A DNA stretch of 25,354 nt from Eledone cirrhosa (Eukaryota): the NCBI GenBank assembly GCA_964016885.1, contig CAXHJY010001271.1, positions 1 to 25,354 of the forward strand. Reading direction: 5' to 3'. The notes beneath the pieces are model-generated. The model searched no databases, was not told the origin of the DNA, and saw nothing but the letters and a program-made list of their open reading frames with translations. A program made the translations under genes and the position numbers. Shown here one piece after another: positions 14,816-25,354 of the stretch; position 1 is the first letter of the stretch, and every line of letters begins with the position of its first letter.

Positions 14816-15421
14816 TGTCAGGTCACCAGTTGGTGCTACTGGTAACATGTATCCCAGTACAACCTGTCTCATGGTCGGGTCGTTGGCGACTAAACTGGCA
14901 ACCCCACCAAGGTTTCTTGGTGAGGAGGGTGACTTTGGACATCCTGCAGGACTAAAAACAAAACCTGTCAAAGGGCAAAGGTCTCTTAAGAGTCAATGGC
15001 CATCCAAAATCACTGGGAGAGATGACCCCTTAGCCTTTGTCAAGGCAGAATTCTAGGAGAAGGAAAACTCTGATATAACACCTGCAACCCTGATGGTATC
15101 CAATGATGTTGACTTGTTCTTCTTTTTGGTAAATATCATCTTGGTTAAGAGAGTGGGACTGGCTTTGTGCAGTGCCTTTGCTCACTATAAAAGCTTCACG
15201 GCACAGGCATTGCTTTATATCTGGAGATCTCTCTGCACTTGTCGTCACATGGTACCATGGGCCCAGCACTGTGTCAATAATTGACACAAGTGTAGTGTTT
15301 GTACCAGAGTTTTCAAGTCGCTGGCTGGACTAAAAATTCACAATCGTTCAGCGCATCGGTAGGGGTTCTCCTACATGGATATAAAGTAGTGGCCGTACTC
15401 GAAAACGAGTTGGCAGCCACC

Positions 15422-15422
<1 letters not shown>
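14816..15422 (+). mobile_element. Bipartite non-autonomous RTE derivative (5' UTR fused to ORF C-terminus and 3' end)
   Basis: RTE 5'-UTR-like motif CTAGGAGAAGGAAAACTCTGA (15053-15073). 15291-15362 encodes [23 protein letters not shown], a C2H2 finger like RTE ORF C-termini. A 3' stem-loop ACTCG-AAAA-CGAGT (15397-15410) lies just before (TA)n. Confidence 0.7.
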
Positions 15423-16461
<1,039 letters not shown>

Positions 16462-18351
16462 ATCAACCATACGATTTAAAATCGATAAAGGAAGATTCGG
16501 GCCAAACAGATAAAAAATATCAATAAAACAATACGTCAATAATTTAAATGAATGTAAAATCATACCCGGACCCACTAGAAAGGTGTTAAATCTAGCTTCA
16601 TGGGTTTCTGTAAATCCTTAGACAGTACTCTATCAGCTCACATATAAATATAAAAGCCTACTAGAATAAGTGGAACGGAGTTTACGTTGTCAACGAGTTT
16701 TATCCTGGCGGCGAAGGAGTCAACTAGCGGTGAAAAACGCACATGGCATTAGACAAGGGAGATGACCCCTATATCCGCGAAAATAATTCGAGTGAATGTG
16801 GAAATACACATATCGAATTAGAGTGCTCAATAGACATGTTAAAATAAAACAAAAGCTATTCATCACTCAATAGAATCGACAAAAAATGAGCAATAAAATT
16901 AACTGGTGGATAGCTATGTCCAGAGCTAAATATATTAGAAAGATCGAGTATCGAAAAATCGGCGCACGAGTTCACGAAAAACGAAATTCGATATGAGCGG
17001 CAGAGGGCTCAATAATTCAGATGAATCAGAGCTATAACTATCGTTAAAATACCGTCACATATAGAACAAGTCTACAATCAACCATACGATTTAAAATCGA
17101 TAAAGGAAGATTCGGGCCAAACAGATAAAAAATATCAATAAAACAATACGTCAATAATTTAAATGAATGTAAAATCATACCCGGACCCACTAGAAAGGTG
17201 TTAAATCTAGCTTCATGGGTTTCTGTAAATCCTTAGACAGTACTCTATCAGCTCACATATAAATATAAAAGCCTACTAGAATAAGTGGAACGGAGTTTAC
17301 GTTGTCAACGAGTTTTATCCTGGCGGCAAAGGAGTCAACTAGCGGTGAAAAACGCACATGGCATTAGACAAGGGAGATGACCCCTATATCCGCGAAAATA
17401 ATTCGAGTGAATGTGGAAATACACATATCGAATTAGAGTGCTCAATAGACATGTTAAAATAAAACAAAAGCTATTCATCACTCAATAGAATCGACAAAAA
17501 ATGAGCAATAAAATTAACTGGTGGATAGCTATGTCCAGAGCTAAATATATTAGAAAGATCGAGTATCGAAAAATCGGCGCACGAGTTCACGAAAAACGAA
17601 ATTCGATATGAGCGGCAGAGGGCTCAATAATTCAGATGAATCAGAGCTATAACTATCGTTAAAATACCGTCACATATAGAACAAGTCTACAATCAACCAT
17701 ACGATTTAAAATCGATAAAGGAAGATTCGGGCCAAACAGATAAAAAATATCAATAAAACAATACGTCAATAATTTAAATGAATGTAAAATCATACCCGGA
17801 CCCACTAGAAAGGTGTTAAATCTAGCTTCATGGGTTTCTGTAAATCCTTAGACAGTACTCTATCAGCTCACATATAAATATAAAAGCCTACTAGAATAAG
17901 TGGAACGGAGTTTACGTTGTCAACGAGTTTTATCCTGGCGGCAAAGGAGTCAACTAGCGGTGAAAAACGCACATGGCATTAGACAAGGGAGATGACCCCT
18001 ATATCCGCGAAAATAATTCGAGTGAATGTGGAAATACACATATCGAATTAGAGTGCTCAATAGACATGTTAAAATAAAACAAAAGCTATTCATCACTCAA
18101 TAGAATCGACAAAAAATGAGCAATAAAATTAACTGGTGGATAGCTATGTCCAGAGCTAAATATATTAGAAAGATCGAGTATCGAAAAATCGGCGCACGAG
18201 TTCACGAAAAACGAAATTCGATATGAGCGGCAGAGGGCTCAATAATTCAGATGAATCAGAGCTATAACTATCGTTAAAATACCGTCACATATAGAACAAG
18301 TCTACAATCAACCATACGATTTAAAATCGATAAAGGAAGATTCGGGCCAAA
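16462..18351. repeat. Tandem array of a 615-bp non-coding unit: 3 full copies + 45-bp partial
   Basis: ATCAACCATACGATTTAAAATCG starts at 16462, 17077, 17692 and 18307. The only difference I found between copies is G at 16713 versus A at 17328/17943. Confidence 0.97.
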
Positions 18352-18365
18352 TATATATATGTATG

Positions 18366-18396
<31 letters not shown>

Positions 18397-18417
18397 ATAT
18401 ATATATATATATGTATG

Positions 18418-18448
<31 letters not shown>

Positions 18449-18449
18449 G

Positions 18450-18521
<72 letters not shown>

Positions 18522-18525
18522 CATG

Positions 18526-18558
<33 letters not shown>

Positions 18559-18619
18559 ATATATACATATATATATGTATGTATATATATACATATATAT
18601 ATTTCGTTTCTGAATAACA

Positions 18620-18707
<88 letters not shown>

Positions 18708-18754
18708 GTATGTATATATATATATATATATGTATGTATAAATATATATATATG

Positions 18755-18825
<71 letters not shown>

Positions 18826-18870
18826 ATATATATATATATACATATGTATGTATAAATATATATATATATG

Positions 18871-18923
<53 letters not shown>

Positions 18924-18998
18924 GTATGTATACATATATATATATATATGTGTATGTATATATATATATATATACATACATATATATATATATGTATG

Positions 18999-19051
<53 letters not shown>

Positions 19052-19066
19052 ATATATATATATATG

Positions 19067-19107
<41 letters not shown>

Positions 19108-19150
19108 ATATATATATATATATGTATGTATATATATATATATATGTATG

Positions 19151-19186
<36 letters not shown>

Positions 19187-19199
19187 TGTATGTGTATAG

Positions 19200-19254
<55 letters not shown>

Positions 19255-19257
19255 TAC

Positions 19258-19307
<50 letters not shown>

Positions 19308-19324
19308 GTATATATATATATATG

Positions 19325-19393
<69 letters not shown>
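18352..19393. repeat. (TA)n/(TATG)n microsatellite
   Basis: Seen directly; anchor motif at 18601-18621. Confidence 0.97.
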
Positions 19394-19466
19394 TAAAAAA
19401 ATTATGAATAAAACAAAGAAACAGTTCCTTATATTAAACAAAAAAAGTTCATTATTTTTGTTTAAT

Positions 19467-19647
19467 TGGGAGTATCGGTAGAGGGTCGGACGCCATGCTT
19501 TCCAGCATAGTTACGTCCCTTTATGATCTGAGTTCAAATCCCGCCGAGGTTGACTTTGCCTTTCATCCTTACGGGGTCGATAAAATAAAGTACCAGTAAT
19601 GCACTGGCGTAATTGCTGGCCTTGTGCCTAAAGTAGAAACAATTATT
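19467..19647 (+). mobile_element. tRNA-derived SINE (central domain resembling the Meta/Sauria-type CTTTCATCCTT..GGGTCGATAAAAT..GTACCAG)
   Basis: B box GAGTTCAAATC at 19530-19540 and a degenerate A box near 19467. A second, inverted copy lies at 2352-2477. The domain name comes from recalled consensus. Confidence 0.85.
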
Positions 19648-19770
19648 TTTGTTTAATATAAGTAACTGTTTCTTTGTTTTATTCATTATTTTTTTTATAT
19701 TTTATCTTGACTCTGTATTCCGTTTATCTTTCACCGAAAGTGATTTTTGAATGCATCTCTTCTTTCCATG

Positions 19771-19925
19771 ATATATACATACATATATATATATATACAT
19801 GTATATATGTATGTATATATATATGTATATATATATACATACATATGTATGTATATATATATGTATGTATATATTTATATATATATATATGTATATATGT
19901 ATGTATATATATATATATATGTATG

Positions 19926-19958
<33 letters not shown>

Positions 19959-19963
19959 GTATG

Positions 19964-19994
<31 letters not shown>
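19771..19994. repeat. (TA)n/(TATG)n microsatellite
   Basis: Seen directly. Confidence 0.95.
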
Positions 19995-21613
19995 CATCAT
20001 CATCATCATCATCAACGTTTAACGTCCGTGTTCCACGCTTGCATGGGTTTGGACGGGGGTAGTCCCACTTGAGGCAAGAGTGATTGTCTTGCTCACATAG
20101 GACTGTCTGGCAGGTTTTCTACAGTTGGATGCCCTTCCTAACACCAACCACATTTACAGTGTGGGTCTGGGAGGTTTTTACCGTGTTGCCTACACGGCCA
20201 CATTACAGCGTGGACTGTGTGTTTTTTGTCGTGACACCTACACGATCTCATTTGTTTCGGCCTGGATGGTGTGGCACCAACATAACTTTACATAGAACGG
20301 GGTGGTGTGGATGGGATGGGGTGGGGTGTGTGTGTGTGGGGGGGGGGGTATTTTGTTAGAGATGCCTACTGGCTGTAGTAGGTTTTACTATGTATTTAGG
20401 TAAGGCGGGTCTTCTCTGTTACTGAGTACCGCCAAAGGTCTCGGTCCAGTGACATTGTCTTGGAGAGGTGTAAGTGTGTGAGGTCGGAGTTTATCAGCTC
20501 GTCCCAGGTTTTTCTAGGTCTGCCTATTCCGTGGCTACCGTCTATCTTTATTGCCCTGCACTTTGTTATACAGCTATCGACTTTCATGCGCATCACGTGT
20601 CCATACCAACGTAGCCTTCTCTCGAGTAAACAACATCTGATCCATCTTATTTCTAATTTTTTCCTTAGTTCGTTTATGCTTCGCCGTTCACGTATATTAC
20701 TGTTACACATCCAGCGGAGCATGCAAGCTTCGTTCCTCTCTAGTCTGCGTATATCCTCTGCACTCAATGCCCAGGTCTCACTGCCATGCAACATTGCTGT
20801 TCGTATGCAGGCATCGTACAACCTGCCTTTCATTTTTAGGGAGAACCCTTTAGCAGCTAATAGTGGTATAAGCTCTCTGAACTTTTTCCAACCAGTTCTG
20901 ACTCTAGCTACTGTACTTTCAGAGCACCCTCCCCCACTGCTGATTTTATCACCCAGGTAACGGGAACTGTCCACTATTTCTATAGAACCCTCTGCGCAAT
21001 TGAAAGAGCTAGTATTTTGTGGGCACTTGCTGCTACTTATTGCACCAGAGCACCGGCCACATGTAAAATCTATGTTCTTAGTTAGCTTACCTGTGATCCC
21101 ACTACATCTTTTATGCACCCATACTTTGCATTTAGGACATAAAATGGAGTTTCTACCTACGCCTTTCCTACACACTGAGCACGACCATTTCCCAGAAGGG
21201 ACCGCCGCCTTATTTTCTTTCCTACAAACTAGAACTTTAGTCTTAGCCAGGTTAATTTTAAGGCCTTTTGATTCTAGGCTGTGCTTCCATGTTTGGAATT
21301 TCTTCTCTAGCTCGGCCATTGATTCCGCTATGAGTGTCAGGTCGTCTGCGTATAGGAGTTCCCATGGGCAGCCTGTCTTGAACTCCTCTGTTATAGCCTG
21401 AAGGGCAATAATAAATAGTAGGGGGCTGAGAACAGAGCCCTAATGAACGCCAACTTTTACGCTAAACTCTTCACTATATTCGTTGTTAATTCTAACCTTG
21501 CTGACTGTTTCTTTATACATGGCTTGTATAGCTCTCACAAGCCATTCGTCAACGCCTTGTTTTCTAAGAGCCCACCAGATAATGGAGCGGGGGACTCTGT
21601 CGAAGGCTTTCTC
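19995..21613 (-). mobile_element. 5'-truncated RTE-clade LINE with 3' UTR and (ATG)n tail
   Basis: RT coding remnant, a ~400-bp 3' UTR ending GGACGTTAAACGTT-(GAT)n, and truncation just 5' of EKAFDRV. Confidence 0.9.
20396..21613 (-). pseudogene. RTE ORF RT domain and C-terminus, one premature stop, with an inserted PHD finger
   Basis: EKAFDRVPR..VGVH*GSVLSPLLF (TAG at 21440-21442 in place of the Q of QG), LLYADD (YADD at 21341-21352), GLKINLAKTK, RYLG, LHGSETW, RRLRWYGHVMRM, GRPRKTW, all in one frame. Confidence 0.92.
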
Positions 21614-21718
21614 TTGTGACAACACTAAGAGAATTATACAATTGACTGTCCAGCTACACGTGGGAGAGAGAAGTCACAGCGTGTTTAAGGGCAAGTGTTG
21701 TCTGAAATGTATAGCCTT

Positions 21719-21797
21719 ACACACGCTGATGAACCGAGACTACCATTTCTTTCAACAAATTTTCTGGTGAAACATATCTTTGGATTTGTACGTGTGT
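21719..21797 (+). ncRNA. Type I hammerhead ribozyme upstream of PLE C
   Basis: ACACACG-CTGATGA-ACC(G)AGA..TCTGGT-GAAA-CATATC TTTG GATTTG-TA-CGTGTGT. Stem I is a perfect 7 bp, core boxes are intact, stem III is extended with one mismatch, and predicted GUA cleavage is after 21790. Confidence 0.9.
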
Positions 21798-21979
21798 TAT
21801 ATAGTTATAGAGGTATTTATTTACGCTTTAATTTATATTTTTAATTATCGTGTCTATAGTCTGCCTTTCATAGGTTATAGATTCCATACACTGGTGGTTT
21901 TTTCCCTGTATTATTGATAACGCACTATATATCTCTCTCTGGTGTGTTACCTTCTCAACATATTATATATATATATATA

Positions 21980-24154
21980 TGCAAAAGTTTTATTTAAGAA
22001 CAAAGACTTTATTAAACAATTAATAGAAAAATCAGACTCTTTTATAAGAAGAATCAGGTGGCGTGCCTTCCACTTTGATAAATCTAATCTAAATGAAAAT
22101 GTTTCAGATTTGGATAAAGTTATCAAATCTAAAAAAAAATCCACCCCCCAACAAACTACTAATGGATTTTGAAAACGATATCATTTCTATCATCCAAGGA
22201 ATCAATTCAAGAGAAACTTCAAAGGCCAGGACTATCTAAGATGCATTAAGGATAATATTGAAGGCTTGGAGAGAACAGAGAAGATCTTGGTGAAATCGGA
22301 CAAAACCAATAACCTTTATGGAGTACAAAAGGACATGTATAATGGGCCTTATATTGAAAGAACTAAGGAAAAAGTACAAGGTAGCAAGTAAGGACGAACT
22401 GGAAAAAATGAATGCAGAGGCATCTTGTATAATGCATGAATTAGACATTGCGAATAAAACACAACCCTTCATGCCTAGGAAACCCAAGATCAATATGAAA
22501 GATCACAAAAGAAATTTTGAAAATGATTTGCCAGTCAGATTGATTGCACCATCAAAATCTGACCTGGGAAAACTTAGCAAAAACATTCTAGACAGGGTAA
22601 TACAGCAAATTAAAAACTTACATAATTTACCTTACTTAAAGTTATGGAAGGGGACTGGTGAGGTTATTGAGTGGTTTAAAGAAATTAAATATAACTATAA
22701 TAATAAATTTATTCAACTTGATATTGCTAACTACTATTCATCTATCACTCCTAATCTACTGAATAAGGCACTAAATTACGCATTTAAACATACAGACCTA
22801 ACTAGCAATGAAATGCACATTATATTATCGGCAAGGAAAACATTGATAGAATTTAATAACCAACTATGGACTAGGGCAGATAGAGATAATAATTTCGACA
22901 TAACTATGGGATCATCTGACTCAGCTCAGGTAACGGACCTTGTGGGCCTATTTATAATTAATTCGCCTGCATAGAAAAATACCAGGTGTAACCGGAGGAT
23001 TATATCGTGATGACATGCTTTTACTTATTGAAAATAATAGCTGTGAACTAAATAGAAAAAGAAAACAAATTATACAATTTTTTAATTACCTTAATCTAAA
23101 ATAGAAATAGAGAAATAACCATAGAATAGTCAATATCCTAGATGTAACACTAAATCTCAACACATGTCTTCACTATCCATTTCACAAACTAAATGAGAAC
23201 TTGAATTATGTCAATTTTAACTCTAATAACCCCAGATCTGTTAAAAATACTATAGTGAACTCTGTTCAAGAACGAATCTCAAGAATTTCATCTAATAAAA
23301 ATATTTTTGACGAAAAAGCGCAGTATTACAATGAAGCGTTAGCTAGAGCAGGATATAGTGATAAAATTAAGTACATCGATAATAATAAGCAAACTAACCA
23401 AAATAATAACAATTTTAATTACGGTAACAACATTAACAACTATAATAGAAAACATTACAATAATTCAAAAGCCGAAAAAGAAATAGAACTAGAATATAAT
23501 ATGGTTTGCCCCCCCCCCCCCTTTTTCACTAAAATATTAAAACCCATATTGCTAAACTATTCTTTAATGCTCTTGACAAACGCTTCCCTAGAACACATAA
23601 ATATCACTCAATTTTTAATAGACATACTATTAAATTAACTTACTCGTCACCAAAAATTTAGCACCAAAATATTAACAGAATTAATAATAGGAATTTAAAA
23701 CATAACCAAAATACCAATAATAACCCAAACAATATCAATTAAATAACTGTAAATGTAGAAATAAATCTAACTGTCCGTTAAATAACAATTGCTTAGTTAA
23801 AAATATAGTATACATTGTAATGTTAAAACTAACTTAAATTCTTTCAACTATGTTGGTTCCACCTCGACAGAATTTAAACTTCGCTTCAGTAATCATAAGA
23901 ATTCTTTCACAGATCCAACAAAAAATCCTCAACTTCGCTATCAAGCCTACTCTGGCAACTTAAACGAGATAATGTTGAGTATTCGATGTTTTGGAATATT
24001 GTCTCAAGAGGGATTCCTTAATTCCTCATCTGAGACATGTGATCTCTGTGTGGAGGAGATATTCTTTATATTAAAATCCAAAAATTCCCTTAATTTAAGG
24101 AGCAATTTATTCAGTTGCTGCAGACATAGATTGAACTCAACGTTTAAAATATAA
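21980..24154 (+). pseudogene. PLE C RT + GIY-YIG, multiple frameshifts
   Basis: Fragments in order: LIEKSDSFIRRIRWRAFHF, ILVKSDKTNNLY, KDHK..PVRLIAPSKSDLGKLSK, FIQLDIANYYSSI, FDITMGSSDSAQVTDLVG, GLYRDD (YRDD at 23003-23014), NILDVTLNL, CKCRNKSNCPLNNNCLVKNIVY, YVGSTSTEFKLRFSNHKNSF, CDLCVEE..LNLRSNLFSCCRH. Confidence 0.9.
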
Positions 24155-24728
24155 ATATAAATTTAAAATGTAGTATAATTAATTAAGAAATTTAATCAAT
24201 GTATGTAACCTGACGATAAATCTTTCGATTCCTTCGCCTTTTCTTTTTTAAACCTTACTTTCATAAATATAACTAAGATGTAATTAAACTACTCTAAAAT
24301 GTATATGCTCCCAATGTATTAAATAAATTTTACGCAAGATAAATTTCTATACTAAATATAAGGGCAGCTGTAGAACCACTGGGTCTTCTAAATCTTTTAA
24401 TAATTTTTGTTAAATAATTTTGTTTTTTTATTTGTTTTTTGACTCTGATTGCTTCTAAAAGACTTTGCAATATATTGTCTGAAAAATTGGAAGGATAGAT
24501 TTCTGTGGTAATATATGAAGCATATTGTTTTTGGCCTGAGATACTCTATAGTGTGTTGAAAATATTTAGCGTTTTGATGTTTCTGTGCTGGTATATTGAT
24601 ATTTGATTATCTCTATACAAAGGCCATATGTATATTAACATGCATATAGATGGCTTATAGAGTTTTATTTATGTGTTCATGGGTCTGTATGTGTGCATAG
24701 AGATGCTGGAATACTCACGCAGATATCT

Positions 24729-24759
<31 letters not shown>

Positions 24760-25354
24760 GTGTAGTTCTGTATATGTTACAGATATGCATAATATTATAT
24801 ACATGAACGGTAATCATATATGTGAGCGCATGAATATTAATCGTTTATTTTTTATGTATATATATAGTGAAATTTTTTATAACACAAGAATTCTTTTTAT
24901 GACACAAGAAATTATAGAGTTGATCAGGTAAAGTCATGTATATGTCTATATTATTGACTAGAGCTAGACATAACTTTCTCTTTTTCTTTTTTCAGAAAGT
25001 ACAAATACGTATATATATATATACATATATATTTCCGTATTTTTATAAATAGGGTAATTTTTTGAAGGTTTTATCTCAAATTTTGGTACATTGACCTCAG
25101 AGTGTTAAACTAAACATATGGTCATTATTGAACAAAGTTATTTTCTCATATTATATATCTATGTCTCATTCATGAATATTGATATTTACATTCTATTATC
25201 CATTTCATATGAATTGATAATGACATGACGTAAAGATGTAACTGTATCCTTCTCTCTCTATATATTGCTCTTTCTCCTCTTTCTTTATATATGATGAAGT
25301 ATTATCTATCTGTCGCTTTGGTTTTGCCTCTCATATTTCTCTCTTATTTCTCTC

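Larger units (their letters stand above)
21615..24600 (+). mobile_element. Nematis-type Penelope-like retroelement (PLE C), decayed
   Basis: Upstream hammerhead, a near full-length frameshifted ORF and an AT-rich 3' region. Ends are approximate, and a short TA tract at ~21965-21980 separates the hammerhead region from the ORF. Confidence 0.75.

Noticed and set aside
16567-16640. Hammerhead-like pattern on the minus strand of the 615-bp unit: CTGATAGA..GAAA-CCCA..TGGG-TC
   Set aside because: The core has an extra base and the flanks (GTGAG / CGGGT) cannot form stem I. Not called, although worth including in a cleavage assay.
16757-16770. GAGATGACCCCT shared between the 615-bp unit and the RTE derivative (~15019-15030)
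   Set aside because: Only 12 bp with no flanking similarity; insufficient to claim homology.
16700-16935. Short rRNA-like words in the 615-bp unit (GGCGAAGG, TAGCGGTGAAA, CTGGTGGATAGCT)
   Set aside because: Too short, in the wrong order relative to rRNA, and without extended similarity.
20460-21770. Plus-strand ORFs overlapping the RTE (and similar antisense ORFs over the PLEs)
   Set aside because: Shadow frames of the true opposite-strand coding sequences with no motifs.
24210-24235. CTGACGA plus small stem (AATC/GATT) after PLE C
   Set aside because: No GAAA box or stems I/III follow.
24533-24572. CTGAGA..GAAAATATTTA hammerhead-like remnant
   Set aside because: The core is missing a base and stems I and II pair poorly.

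Overview
AT-rich animal genomic DNA with no recognisable host gene. The SINE/MITE repertoire and very long (TA)n tracts suggest a cephalopod such as Octopus; this is inference. About half the window is (TA)n/(TATG)n microsatellite, and the many Ile/Tyr-rich 'ORFs' in the track are artefacts of it. Retroelements sit between the tracts. There are three divergent Penelope-like elements (PLEs; RT plus C-terminal GIY-YIG): a 5'-truncated one at ~5745-7230 (+), a nearly intact Neptune-type at ~8900-12100 (-) and a frameshifted Nematis-type at ~21615-24600 (+). There are also a 5'-truncated RTE LINE with a PHD finger (-), a bipartite internally deleted RTE derivative, three tRNA-derived SINE copies, a piggyBac-like MITE with a tandemly amplified end, and a 47-bp minisatellite. 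By eye I find three well-formed type I hammerhead ribozymes (5510-5552 +, 9055-9093 -, 21719-21797 +) and two decayed ones, in or near PLE terminal regions. The least explained object is a non-coding, hairpin-dense 615-bp unit present as 3 near-identical head-to-tail copies plus a 45-bp terminal redundancy (16462-18351) inside (TA)n. It is a candidate retro-copied circular or structured RNA with no canonical hammerhead. All RNA folds were paired by hand and clade names come from recalled motifs, not database searches.
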